Below are positions 26,726 through 36,209 of a stretch of 64,000 nt of DNA, piece by piece. Numbering within the stretch: the first letter of the stretch is position 1; each line of letters begins with the position of its first letter. The position numbers were made by a program, and so were the translations under genes. Source of the stretch: an uncultured Bacilli bacterium (GTDB lineage Bacteria; Bacillota_I; Bacilli_A; RF39; UBA660). Below the pieces are notes generated by a model. That model searched no databases and was not told where the DNA came from. It was given only the letters and a program-made list of their open reading frames with translations. Location: NCBI GenBank assembly GCA_944331895.1, contig CALVIX010000002.1, forward strand, positions 97,099 to 161,098. Direction: 5' to 3'.

Positions 26726-26944
26726 CTAGTCCATATACTTAGTCATTGCCTTCAGCGTTTGTTTTACCTGTTTTTGACTTGGAGTTCTCCCCATCTGCGA
26801 CATCATCGCACGAATCATCTGTTCGTTGATAGGTGGATTTTTCTTCATATATTTTTTCATATAATTACGAGCGATAAAAAATCCTACAATTGCTCCTGCG
26901 ATGAAACCACCTAAAACTTGTAATAAATCTATCACAAATGCCAT
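26726..26944 (-). CDS. yneF: YneF (UPF0154) family small membrane protein
   Basis: GFF.AR.YM......NPPINE.MIR.MM.QMGR.PS. Confidence 0.95.
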   Translation of the reverse strand: MAFVIDLLQVLGGFIAGAIVGFFIARNYMKKYMKKNPPINEQMIRAMMSQMGRTPSQKQVKQTLKAMTKYMD

Positions 26945-26974
26945 TTTTCATTCCTCCTTATATACTACATTTTA

Positions 26975-27421
26975 CTAAATATTGCCTATCTTTTCAACTC
27001 CTATTTTATTATATGAAGTCTTTCTGATTTCATGATAGTATTTTGAAAGCCAAAAATAATCTTGGTTATAAAAGTCACAGACAAATAAATCTCTACTATA
27101 GTAGTAAAAAGAGCGAAAAATAAGAGGAAAATTCGAATTCGTTCTCACGATACAACAAGACGACTGGATCTGAACTAGATTTCCTTTTGGAAAACGAAAG
27201 ATACCGTTTTGTGGCTGTAATTGAAATTTCCCCGAAAGATAGAAATTTAAAATATCTTGATCGAAGTGGTTACAAACTTGATCGTAAAAAGAAATTCCAT
27301 AACGTCCATAGTGTTTCGGCATTAAAAATAAATGGTGGAGTAACTGATATAAAGCTTTTGGTTTTTCTTCATAATACGTAATACACTCTCTTTTGATATG
27401 AAAAATATAATAAGTTCTCAT
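26975..27421 (-). CDS. sirA: Sporulation inhibitor of replication SirA
   Basis: MRTYYIF.IK N-terminus, C-terminal F..DF....YFWL; position between tkt and yneF. Confidence 0.85.
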   Translation of the reverse strand: MRTYYIFHIKRECITYYEEKPKALYQLLHHLFLMPKHYGRYGISFYDQVCNHFDQDILNFYLSGKFQLQPQNGIFRFPKGNLVQIQSSCCIVRTNSNFPLIFRSFYYYSRDLFVCDFYNQDYFWLSKYYHEIRKTSYNKIGVEKIGNI

Positions 27422-27483
27422 GCTATCACCTATTTTATTAAATCATTGAAAGACGAAATAATTTGTCAAAAAAAAGAGTTCAT

Positions 27484-29469
27484 TTAACGTAATAGTTGTC
27501 GAACTCTTCCATAGATCGTTTCTAAATCAAACCCTTTTTCCTTTAAGACATCCTCCGAAGATCCACTCGCACCAAATTCATTTACCGTAATTAAATATTT
27601 TTCGTTATAGACAAATTGATGCCATCCGAAAGATGAACCTGCTTCGATCACTACTTTTTTATAGCCGATCGGTAACACTTGCTCTTGATATGCTTTTTCT
27701 TGTCGCAAGAAAAGTTCTCTACTTGGCATACTTACAACGCGACAATCGATCTTCTCTTGTACGAGACGTTCCGCTACTTTCATAGCAGTATGAACTTCTG
27801 TCCCTGTCGCTATGATAATTCCGTTTAATTTATTATTTTCTTTTCTAACTACATAAGCTCCTTTTGCCACACTTGATGCATCCGTCGTAGGCAGTACAGG
27901 TACAGCGGTCTTCGAAATAACAAGAGAAACAGGTAAATTTTGATTCAATGTATAATTCCAAGCTCCAACAATTTCTCTAGCATCCGCCGGACGAAATACC
28001 GTCATATTTGGTATAGCTCGAAGCATCGCTAATTGCTCTATCGGTTGATGAGTAGGCCCATCACTACCAATTTCGATAGAATCATGTGTAAATACATAAG
28101 TCACTGGAAGTTTCATTAAAGCTGACATTCGCATCGCTGGTTTTAAATAATCTGCAAACGTCAGAAAAGTAGATCCAAACGGTCTAAAATTAGAAAGCGC
28201 TAAGCCATTTAATATGGCTGCCATCCCGTGTTCCCGAACTCCAAACCAAATATTTCTACCATTGTAATCTTTTTTACTTATATCTTTTTGTCCCAATAAA
28301 TAGGCATTTGTAGAGGATGCAAGATCGGCACTTCCTCCAACAAAATTAGGAACTAATTTAGAAATATCCGTCATAATTGTCTGGTTTGTATTACGTAAAG
28401 GTTCTGCATCGATCGAGCGAAAATCCCATTCGTATTTTAATAAATCAACAGACGTTTGTTTTCCAAAGATGAAATTAAATTCATCATCTTTTTCTACTGT
28501 GCGATCCGCAGTAAATTCGCGATATTCACTAGCCCACTCATCGTATTTTGCTCGGCTATGCGCAACGATCAATTTCTGAAATTCCGTTTGCAAAGCACTA
28601 GAATAACTAAACTCTTCATTCGTCAAATTTAAACTTGCTTTCCACTGAGCAATATCTTCGTCAGATAATGGTTTTCCATGAACTTTATTCGTACCTTCCG
28701 CTAAAGAACCACGTCCAATCACAGTTCGAATCTCTATGAAAGACGGTTTCCCTGATTCTTTTGCCTTTTCGATCGCACGATCGATTTCATGAACGTCTTC
28801 TCCATCTTTTACAAACTCCGTATGCCATCCCATCGCATGAAAACGTTCTCTTGTGTTCTCGGTAAAAGTATGTTCCGTACTACCATCCAAACTAACACGA
28901 TTAGAATCATATAAAACGATTAAGTTGTCCAAATTGTGACTTCCTGCAAATGAACAAGCTTCGTAACTAACGCCTTCCATTAAATCACCGTCGCCGCATA
29001 AAACATACACTCTATGATCCAACATCTTTCGATTTTCTTTTTTCTTCGCTAGTGGATGCAGTTGATACCGCGTCTCTAAAATTTTACCGCCTAAAGCCAT
29101 TCCAACAGCACTAGCGATCCCTTGTCCCAATGGACCAGTTGACATTTCAACACCCGAAGTTAACCCGTATTCAGGATGCCCTGGGGTTTTCGAATGAATC
29201 TTTCGAAACGACTTTAAATCATCGATCGTAAGTGGGTAACCGGCCATAAACATCGTCGCATATAGAAGTGCGGATCCATGACCAGCACTCATCACAAAAC
29301 GATCGCGATTGACCCAATTCGGATCGTTTACATTGATATTCAAATGATAAGCAAACAACGTATAGATAATAGGCGCAGCTCCGAGCACAATTCCAGGATG
29401 TCCGCTTCCTGCTTTGTGAATCATATCAATTCCTAACGACTTTATATTACTAATGATATCCTTGTCCAT
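27484..29469 (-). CDS. tkt: Transketolase
   Basis: SGHPG, RDRFVMSAGHGS, TPGHPE, GDGDLMEG, FGVREH, DGPTHQP. Confidence 0.98.
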   Translation of the reverse strand: MDKDIISNIKSLGIDMIHKAGSGHPGIVLGAAPIIYTLFAYHLNINVNDPNWVNRDRFVMSAGHGSALLYATMFMAGYPLTIDDLKSFRKIHSKTPGHPEYGLTSGVEMSTGPLGQGIASAVGMALGGKILETRYQLHPLAKKKENRKMLDHRVYVLCGDGDLMEGVSYEACSFAGSHNLDNLIVLYDSNRVSLDGSTEHTFTENTRERFHAMGWHTEFVKDGEDVHEIDRAIEKAKESGKPSFIEIRTVIGRGSLAEGTNKVHGKPLSDEDIAQWKASLNLTNEEFSYSSALQTEFQKLIVAHSRAKYDEWASEYREFTADRTVEKDDEFNFIFGKQTSVDLLKYEWDFRSIDAEPLRNTNQTIMTDISKLVPNFVGGSADLASSTNAYLLGQKDISKKDYNGRNIWFGVREHGMAAILNGLALSNFRPFGSTFLTFADYLKPAMRMSALMKLPVTYVFTHDSIEIGSDGPTHQPIEQLAMLRAIPNMTVFRPADAREIVGAWNYTLNQNLPVSLVISKTAVPVLPTTDASSVAKGAYVVRKENNKLNGIIIATGTEVHTAMKVAERLVQEKIDCRVVSMPSRELFLRQEKAYQEQVLPIGYKKVVIEAGSSFGWHQFVYNEKYLITVNEFGASGSSEDVLKEKGFDLETIYGRVRQLLR

Positions 29470-29532
29470 ATGTCCACCCTCTCTATTTTACTCTCTTATT
29501 ATTATAGCAAACTTCTAGACAAGAATAAAGTT

Positions 29533-29679
29533 TTATTTTATATCCATCGCTATATAACTATCTTGCGGCTGTTTTGTCGTATCCTCCATCTTTCTTGTTT
29601 GAACTCCGTTTAAATAAGTAATTCCTAAGATGAAAGCAACAAACCCTATCATTATTTTACTTTTCAACATTTCTTTCAT
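29533..29679 (-). CDS. 48-aa single-pass membrane protein, putative SOS-induced (YneA/SosA-position) protein
   Basis: ATG 29679 after GAGAGG; basic N-terminus, one TM (IMIGFVAFILGITYL), short polar tail; LexA box in its promoter. Confidence 0.75.
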   Translation of the reverse strand: MKEMLKSKIMIGFVAFILGITYLNGVQTRKMEDTTKQPQDSYIAMDIK

Positions 29680-29704
29680 ACCTATACCTCTCTTTCGTAC
29701 TTTC

Positions 29705-29733
29705 ATCTTACTACGAACAGTTGTTCGTGTCAA
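29705..29733 (-). promoter_or_regulatory. SigA promoter with a LexA box filling the spacer
   Basis: TTGACA-cgaacaactgttcgtag(17)-TAAGAT. Confidence 0.88.
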
Positions 29734-29814
29734 TGGTTTTTGTGAACAATTGTTCGTGTTTACACTTTTTTATCACCCTAAACAGAAACATTCGTTCACG
29801 CAAACAATTGTTTG
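29714..29814. promoter_or_regulatory. Cluster of four LexA (Cheo) boxes
   Basis: CGAACAGTTGTTCG 29714-27, TGAACAATTGTTCG 29743-56, GAAACATTCGTTCA 29785-98, CAAACAATTGTTTG 29801-14 versus Firmicute consensus CGAAC-N4-GTTCG. Confidence 0.9.
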
Positions 29815-29840
29815 ACTTGTAAGTAAAAATATGTTATATT
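29812..29840 (+). promoter_or_regulatory. lexA SigA promoter
   Basis: TTGACT-N17-TATATT with extended TG; -35 overlaps box 4. Confidence 0.8.
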
Positions 29841-29862
29841 GTAAATATAAAAGGAGGTTGCT

Positions 29863-30480
29863 ATGAAAGGTTTGACAAAAAGACAAGATGAAATTTTAAC
29901 CTATATTAAAGAATATGTCGTAAATAATGGATATCCACCAACAGTGAGAGAAATATGCGCTGCGATTGGTGTTTCATCCCCTGCAACAGTACATGCACAC
30001 TTACAAAATCTGGAAAATAAAGGAATGATCAAAAAGGAAGAAACAAAAAATCGTGCAATCGAATTATTAGTAGATAACGAGTTTGCATCTAAAGAAGATT
30101 CGGTCGTAGAAGTTCCACTACTTGGAAAAATTACAGCGGGAAGCCCGATCGAGGCAATTGAACATCCAGATGAATATTTTTCTCTTCCTGCTTATATGAT
30201 TCCAAACAACAAAGAGGTGTTTACTCTCAACGTAAGCGGAGACAGTATGATCAACGCCGGTATTTTCGATGGAGATATCATCGTAATTGAAAAAACAAAT
30301 ACAGCTCGCAACGGTGAAATCGTCGCTGCGATGACAGAAGAAAACGAAGTTACTTTAAAGCGATTCTATAAAGAGGATGGTTACTTCCGATTACAACCTG
30401 AAAACGATACGATGGATCCAATTATCTTAGATCAAGTTACTATCCTAGGAAAAGCAATAGGACTATATAGAAAATTATAA
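29863..30480 (+). CDS. lexA: SOS repressor LexA
   Basis: GYPPTVREI, S.ATVHAHL, cleavage site LGKITAG.P, V.GDSMI.AGI.DGD, catalytic VTLKR. Confidence 0.98.
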   Translation: MKGLTKRQDEILTYIKEYVVNNGYPPTVREICAAIGVSSPATVHAHLQNLENKGMIKKEETKNRAIELLVDNEFASKEDSVVEVPLLGKITAGSPIEAIEHPDEYFSLPAYMIPNNKEVFTLNVSGDSMINAGIFDGDIIVIEKTNTARNGEIVAAMTEENEVTLKRFYKEDGYFRLQPENDTMDPIILDQVTILGKAIGLYRKL

Positions 30481-30482
30481 TT

Positions 30483-30517
30483 AAAAAGAGAATCACTTCA
30501 TTCGTGATTCTCTTTTT
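30483..30517. terminator. Bidirectional terminator (lexA / rhomboid)
   Basis: AAAAAGAGAATCAC/GTGATTCTCTTTTT. Confidence 0.88.
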
Positions 30518-31676
30518 ATAGTCCTACAAATCCAACATAGATCAAAAACCCAAGAAAAATTGCTGTTAAAATCCAACCATTGATTTTTTCAAATAAAGTT
30601 GATTTATATTTTACTCCAAGTGCCATTGTAATGAGAGCTCCACCAATTAAACCGCCGATGTGAGCGGCATTATCAATGCCCCCGATGAAAAATCCCATCA
30701 TTAAATTTAAAATGATAATTGGAATAATCTGAGATTTCATGACACTTCCTAAATAAATACGATAATGGTATCCAAAATATAGTAGTGATCCTAAAAGTCC
30801 AAACAGCGCTCCACTCGCACCAGCGCTCACTCCATCCGTAAAACAGATAGATAGTAAACTGCCAGATAAAGCACTAAATAGATAGACGATGAGAAATTTT
30901 ACTTTTCCTAGAAAACTTTCTATTTGTGGACCAATAACATATAAAGAGTACATATTGACAAACAGATGCAATACACCAATATGTAAAAAAGCGCAAGTAA
31001 ATAAGCGGTAATACTCCCCTGCTCTTACTAGGTCTCCGTAGTTTGCTCCGAAACTTAATAACGTAAATGGATCTTGGCTTCCGTTTCCAAAAAGATACAT
31101 ACATAGGAACACAAATATGTTCATGGCGATCAAAAGATAAGTGATCACAGGCTTTTTCATGCGGAATACTTGTTCTGCCTTCATCGCATCTTCTTCGCTC
31201 TTCTTGTTGATTTCACGCGTTAATTTGATAAATAGATCCATTCCCTTTTCTTTATAATTTGTCTTCTTTGTAATATTTGGAAATGCCTCTAGTAAAAGTG
31301 GGTGTTCATTTAAATCGTCAATCTTCGTAAGTTGAATACAGGTTACGTTCGCAACACTATTTTCTCCATTTTCAAACGACACATTTTCTCCCATGTTTAA
31401 ATAGAAAGAAAGCACGTTCATATGCATCGCCATCATTTTCTTTTTGATTTTTCCCAAGATGTTTTTTGTCTTAAACAAATCGAAGTCTAACTGTTCTTTA
31501 TTATGGATATATCCTGTGTTAATTCGAACGATTCCATAGCTAGCATCGATATTCTCTAACCAAATTTCATTCTTCGCTCCATGGAGAACGATCGGATTGT
31601 ATCCTTGTTCTGTAATAAAATAATGTAATAATTTCATTACTAGTTCGTCATTTTGTTCTACTGTTACTTCTCCCAT
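30516..31676 (-). CDS. Rhomboid family intramembrane serine protease (GluP/YqgP-like, soluble N-terminal domain)
   Basis: YYRLFT..FLH.G..HL..NM, GASGALFG, AHIGG. Confidence 0.93.
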   Translation of the reverse strand: MGEVTVEQNDELVMKLLHYFITEQGYNPIVLHGAKNEIWLENIDASYGIVRINTGYIHNKEQLDFDLFKTKNILGKIKKKMMAMHMNVLSFYLNMGENVSFENGENSVANVTCIQLTKIDDLNEHPLLLEAFPNITKKTNYKEKGMDLFIKLTREINKKSEEDAMKAEQVFRMKKPVITYLLIAMNIFVFLCMYLFGNGSQDPFTLLSFGANYGDLVRAGEYYRLFTCAFLHIGVLHLFVNMYSLYVIGPQIESFLGKVKFLIVYLFSALSGSLLSICFTDGVSAGASGALFGLLGSLLYFGYHYRIYLGSVMKSQIIPIIILNLMMGFFIGGIDNAAHIGGLIGGALITMALGVKYKSTLFEKINGWILTAIFLGFLIYVGFVGL

Positions 31677-31689
31677 GAAAGCACCTCCT

Positions 31690-32592
31690 TTAATTTTCTT
31701 CAAAATGCTTCAATATGTTTGTAAAACACTCTGGAAGTTCTGATTCAAACTCCATATATTCTCCCGTCGTCGGATGATGAAAACCAAGTGCTGCTGCATG
31801 TAGACATTGTCCACTCTCATCGAATTTTTTTCTTTTTCCGTATACTGGATCATTGACAACAGGGTGCCCTATATAATTCATATGCACGCGAATTTGATGT
31901 GTTCTTCCTGTCTCTAATTTCAGTTCAACTAAAGTCGCATCCTTATATCGTTTTAACACTTTAAAATGCGTTACTGCATCTTTACTGTTTGTAGCTGTCA
32001 CTGCCATTTTCTTTCTATCTTTTACGTCGCGTCCAATCGGCGCATCAATCTCTCCTGTATCGTGAGGAATGACGCCCCATACAAGCGCGATATATTTCCG
32101 GTATGTCGTCTTTTCTTCTAGTTGACGTGCAAGTGCTTCATGCGCACGATTATTCTTAGCAACCATCAATAGTCCTGTTGTATCAGCGTCGATACGGTGA
32201 ACGATTCCTGGTCGAAATTCTCCATTGACATCACTCAACTCCTTCGAATGATATAAAAGTCCGTTGACAAGCGTTCCATGCGTATTTCCAACTGCTGGGT
32301 GTACAACCATCCCATTTGGTTTATTGACGACGATTACATCGTCATCCTCATATACGATATCTAAATCCATCTTTTCAGCTTCTGCCTTCATCTCTTCAGG
32401 AACATATTCTTCTATGGTAACAACATCACCCTTCTTGAGGCGATAACTATTTTTAACCGGATTCTGATTCACTAAAATTTTATTTGATTGAATCATCTTT
32501 TGAACGATACTTCGAGAGAGATCCAGCTCTCTCATCATGTCGTGATCAATTCTTTCTGAATGATCTTCCGTGATGTTGATTGTCTGTTTCAT
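31690..32592 (-). CDS. rluD: RluA/RluD family RNA pseudouridine synthase
   Basis: S4-like N-terminus, VHRIDADTTG, LETGRTHQIRVH; follows lspA. Confidence 0.95.
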   Translation of the reverse strand: MKQTINITEDHSERIDHDMMRELDLSRSIVQKMIQSNKILVNQNPVKNSYRLKKGDVVTIEEYVPEEMKAEAEKMDLDIVYEDDDVIVVNKPNGMVVHPAVGNTHGTLVNGLLYHSKELSDVNGEFRPGIVHRIDADTTGLLMVAKNNRAHEALARQLEEKTTYRKYIALVWGVIPHDTGEIDAPIGRDVKDRKKMAVTATNSKDAVTHFKVLKRYKDATLVELKLETGRTHQIRVHMNYIGHPVVNDPVYGKRKKFDESGQCLHAAALGFHHPTTGEYMEFESELPECFTNILKHFEEN

Positions 32593-33043
32593 CTTTTTTC
32601 CGCTCCTTCCAAAAATGATAAAAAATAATGATCACTGAACTTACAATACACATATCAGCAATATTGAATACAGGATAATGATACCCAAAGAAAATGAGTC
32701 CAATATAGTCTACGACATATCCCAGTAGCATGCGATCGATGAGATTCCCAATAATGCCTCCGATCAGCAATCCATATCCTAAAACCTCTCTTCGAGATAA
32801 CTTCTGTTGATAGATAAAGAAATAATAAATCAGTGCTAGGCAAAAAAATGCCATAAAAATCAAAAACACGCGATTTCCATCTAATATACTCCAAGCAGCA
32901 CCATAGTTTCGAACATTCGTAATATAAAAGAAATTAGGAATTACGAATATCTCTTCCATGAATGCTATCGCATGTGTGATAATCCATTTTATAAACTGAT
33001 CTATCGCAATACAGCAAAGTGCTAAAATTGTAATTTTCTTCAT
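32546..33043 (-). CDS. lspA: Lipoprotein signal peptidase II
   Basis: NYGAAWS, GNLIDR, VVDYI, FNIAD. Confidence 0.96.
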   Translation of the reverse strand: MKKITILALCCIAIDQFIKWIITHAIAFMEEIFVIPNFFYITNVRNYGAAWSILDGNRVFLIFMAFFCLALIYYFFIYQQKLSRREVLGYGLLIGGIIGNLIDRMLLGYVVDYIGLIFFGYHYPVFNIADMCIVSSVIIIFYHFWKERKKDETDNQHHGRSFRKN

Positions 33044-33093
33044 GTCCTCACCTGTAATATTATAACATTCTTTCTAGAAAAACAAAAGAGAAA

Positions 33094-34107
33094 TCATTCT
33101 TCCTCTTTCATCGTCCAATCATCAATTTTAGAAGTAGTGACAACATCCCCTTCCACTGTCGTCCAAATTGCTTCGACATTATCGTACGCCTTCAAATACG
33201 TACGTCCTTCTTCTACATCCATCTGATATAAAATGGAAGAAAGTGTATCTGCAAGTAATGGATCTTTAGAAATCACCGTAACGCTTCTAACTTTTTCAGA
33301 TGGGTATTTTGTGATGTGATCCATAATGGTACCATAAGTTTTACCATCTTCCAATACTACTTGCTCTTGATAATCTCCCTTCGTGATCATCGCTCGATTC
33401 GTAAGTGATAAAATTCGTTCAACCTCTCCATCCATCGACGAAGCAAGAGCCACTTTATAACCATCTTCGTTATAATGTTCTCCCACCATAGTATCACTAC
33501 CTACTTGTATCACGTATTTCGTGATCCCCTGGTTTTTTAAGTGGGACGCAATCTCTTTTAATGTATATCCAATTTCATATTGTGAAGTATTTAAAAATGC
33601 TTCCCCTGACTTATAAAGAGTTTGATTGTCGATATCGATACTATCTACACTAGGGATTTGGACGATATCTAATTCATCTTTAGTAGGTAAGCTCCCATCC
33701 TGAAAATGAGGCTCCCATGTTTCTATTAAATCATTTAATTGAAGATGGATCTTTCCTTCAGACTTTTTTTCCCATGTTCTTCCATAGTTCAAAAAATCAC
33801 TCATCTTTTTCGACAATTTTATATTAGATTCCGTACTCGTATTGATCATATATAAACTTTCTAACTGATTTTGATCTGTACGAGCTAACGTTTGATAAGT
33901 TTCAAAAATTTCTTTTACTTTACTTAAAGCTCGATCTGCTTTCTTTTCGTCTTTTTCATACAATGTCACTTTCACATCTTGGCCAAAATAATAACCAGAC
34001 ATTCCGTAAGATCGAATTTTCCCTTTTTGAATTGCTCCAAAAATAATGGTTCCTACAAGCAAAACAGGAATACATATCCATAGTACCCGATTAAATCTTT
34101 CCTGCAT
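33094..34107 (-). CDS. ApbE-family FAD:protein FMN transferase-like protein (diverged)
   Basis: N-terminal TM, .G..V.VTLY, GDY..., SVTVIS.D..LAD.LS; several catalytic motifs altered. Confidence 0.75.
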   Translation of the reverse strand: MQERFNRVLWICIPVLLVGTIIFGAIQKGKIRSYGMSGYYFGQDVKVTLYEKDEKKADRALSKVKEIFETYQTLARTDQNQLESLYMINTSTESNIKLSKKMSDFLNYGRTWEKKSEGKIHLQLNDLIETWEPHFQDGSLPTKDELDIVQIPSVDSIDIDNQTLYKSGEAFLNTSQYEIGYTLKEIASHLKNQGITKYVIQVGSDTMVGEHYNEDGYKVALASSMDGEVERILSLTNRAMITKGDYQEQVVLEDGKTYGTIMDHITKYPSEKVRSVTVISKDPLLADTLSSILYQMDVEEGRTYLKAYDNVEAIWTTVEGDVVTTSKIDDWTMKEEE

Positions 34108-34138
34108 AAATCACCTCATATAGAAAAAGTAGAATTAT

Positions 34139-35164
34139 CTACTTCGTCTCTTCTTCCTCTGGCTGTGCCAACACTTGCTCATAAGCCTTTTTTAGTTCAG
34201 CCCCAATCGATTTAATGTCTCTCTCTTCGGCAACCTTATACCCTTCTTCAGTGACATCTTTTAACGTATGGTTCAATATGCCGCGAATTTTTTCTTCGAA
34301 TTCCGGAAATGTCGAAGCTTTATAGACGTTCTTGCCATCCTCAAACCAACCTTCGTAGATTGGAATATCGCGCACTAACGTTGGAATCTTACTAGCAAGA
34401 GCTTCTAATAAAACGATACCTTCCGTCTCTTCATGTGTCATAAATAAAAACAAATCTGATCCTAAATAGGCATCGCGTAATTCTTCTCTAGACACATACC
34501 CTGGAAAATGTAAGTTATCTAATTTTGTCTGTACTGCTTCTTTAATCTTAGAAGGTACTGTATTTAAGTTACTATAACCAAACCAAACGAATTGATACTC
34601 TGGCATTTTCTTGGCAAGTTCGACAAAATCCAAAATACCTTTCCGTTCGATATAAAGACCTACAGAGATAATAATTTTATCCGTATCAGAAAATCCATAT
34701 TTCTTTCGAAAATTTTCTGCTTTCTTTTTATCCTGCTTATAAAAATCTAAATCAATTCCATTAGATATTGCAATAATAGGTTTTCCTAAACCATAATTAT
34801 CCAAAAGTCGTTTTGAATAAGGTGTTGGTGTGATAATCAAATCCGCTGAAGAGTAAAGTTTACACAACCATTTTTTAAATAACGGTGCAACCTGATTTGT
34901 AAGTAAATAGGAGTTGCGAAAATCTTCCTCTGTCGAATGAGCGTGAAAAATAACTTTTTTACCCATCTTTTTTGCTTTTTTGCCCATAAGATAAGATTCT
35001 GGAAAAATCGTATTGATATGCACAATATCATAATCTGTATCCTTTGGATCTAATGTATAGTCAACTCCATTCAGGCGTAATGCTTCCTGTTGATGCACGA
35101 TCGCACGTCCTACACCACTTTTCGCTATTTGATCTTGTTTATCAGAATGTAATAACACTTTCAT
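34139..35164 (-). CDS. GT4 glycosyltransferase, CpoA/LafB-like glycolipid synthesis
   Basis: SGVGRA..HQ..AL, HAHSTEEDFRNS, ISNGIDL, ETEGIVLLEALA. Confidence 0.9.
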   Translation of the reverse strand: MKVLLHSDKQDQIAKSGVGRAIVHQQEALRLNGVDYTLDPKDTDYDIVHINTIFPESYLMGKKAKKMGKKVIFHAHSTEEDFRNSYLLTNQVAPLFKKWLCKLYSSADLIITPTPYSKRLLDNYGLGKPIIAISNGIDLDFYKQDKKKAENFRKKYGFSDTDKIIISVGLYIERKGILDFVELAKKMPEYQFVWFGYSNLNTVPSKIKEAVQTKLDNLHFPGYVSREELRDAYLGSDLFLFMTHEETEGIVLLEALASKIPTLVRDIPIYEGWFEDGKNVYKASTFPEFEEKIRGILNHTLKDVTEEGYKVAEERDIKSIGAELKKAYEQVLAQPEEEETK

Positions 35165-35182
35165 TTTATCACCTAAATTTTA

Positions 35183-35827
35183 TTATATCATAGTTTTATC
35201 TTTTGTACTATCGTTTTCAAGTGACAATTTTGTCACGTTTTTTTTCATGACTTTTGCAAAAACCCAACATAAAAATAAACCAAGTAAATACCCGAGTAAG
35301 ATATCACTAAAATAACTTACTTTCAAATAAAAATTAGCAATTCCTACAATGATAATAAATATGATGCAAACTTTCTTTATGATGTTTTCTAACTTGTTCG
35401 TATGATCCATCAATAGATATACCATTCCATAGAAAAATGTTCCAAATAGGGCATCGATATTTAAATATCCTAAACCTGCAATCGGTAAGAAATCACTTAA
35501 TTCCGGATGCCCAACGACATAGTATTCTTTTAAGAAAAACATTGCAAGTCCACCAACGAGAACAAAACATAAAAAATAAGTTAAAGATTTTTCTTTCTTT
35601 TTACGGTATAAGTAAAAAGTAGCAAACAATGTCGCAATCAATAAGCACTCGAAAGAAGCAATCCATTTTACTCCATTCATAACCGTTACCAAAATAGGTG
35701 TCTGTATAAAGTCAAGTGCCGTTGAAATAAGAGAATTCAACCACACTTCCTGTCCTGTAAGCCCCAAGACAATTAGATAAAAGATTCCCATTATCACTGT
35801 TACAATTGCAAGTTTCATATCAACCAC
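35183..35827 (-). CDS. PAP2-fold membrane protein, catalytic motifs degenerate
   Basis: TM pattern and C-terminal YL.V.YFSDIL.G..LG resemble PAP2 motif 3. Confidence 0.6.
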   Translation of the reverse strand: MVDMKLAIVTVIMGIFYLIVLGLTGQEVWLNSLISTALDFIQTPILVTVMNGVKWIASFECLLIATLFATFYLYRKKKEKSLTYFLCFVLVGGLAMFFLKEYYVVGHPELSDFLPIAGLGYLNIDALFGTFFYGMVYLLMDHTNKLENIIKKVCIIFIIIVGIANFYLKVSYFSDILLGYLLGLFLCWVFAKVMKKNVTKLSLENDSTKDKTMI

Positions 35828-35860
35828 GCCCCTATTTTTAGTATACCATACTTTAGTCTA

Positions 35861-36094
35861 TTAAAAAATCATTTTTACTAAAATTACATCTTCCCCTATT
35901 TTTTCTATTTGCTCCCAATGAATCTCGATCTCATCTTTATTTGAAAACATGGAAATTAAAAACTTAGATTTTTCGACGATCAAGCTTTCCAAACGACCTG
36001 TACTATTTTCGATCATCACATCGATAATATTTCCAATTTTCTTTCCATCGTTCACATTAATTACATCTTTGTTTTGTAAATCAGATAAACGCAT
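35861..36094 (-). CDS. ylmC: YlmC/YmxH PRC-barrel sporulation protein
   Basis: MRLSDLQ.KDVIN..DG..IG, I.WEQI.KIGEDVILV. Confidence 0.93.
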   Translation of the reverse strand: MRLSDLQNKDVINVNDGKKIGNIIDVMIENSTGRLESLIVEKSKFLISMFSNKDEIEIHWEQIEKIGEDVILVKMIF

Positions 36095-36109
36095 ATTCTC
36101 ACCTATTTT

Positions 36110-36138
36110 AATATATGAAAAAGAAAACCATCTTACGA
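36110..36138 (-). promoter_or_regulatory. Probable SigE promoter of ylmC
   Basis: TCGTAAG-N14-CATATATT. Confidence 0.55.
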
Positions 36139-36209
36139 TTGATTTTCTTGTTTTACTACTCGTTCATTTTTTCAAACGATATAAATACTACATCATTTAT
36201 AACCATTGC

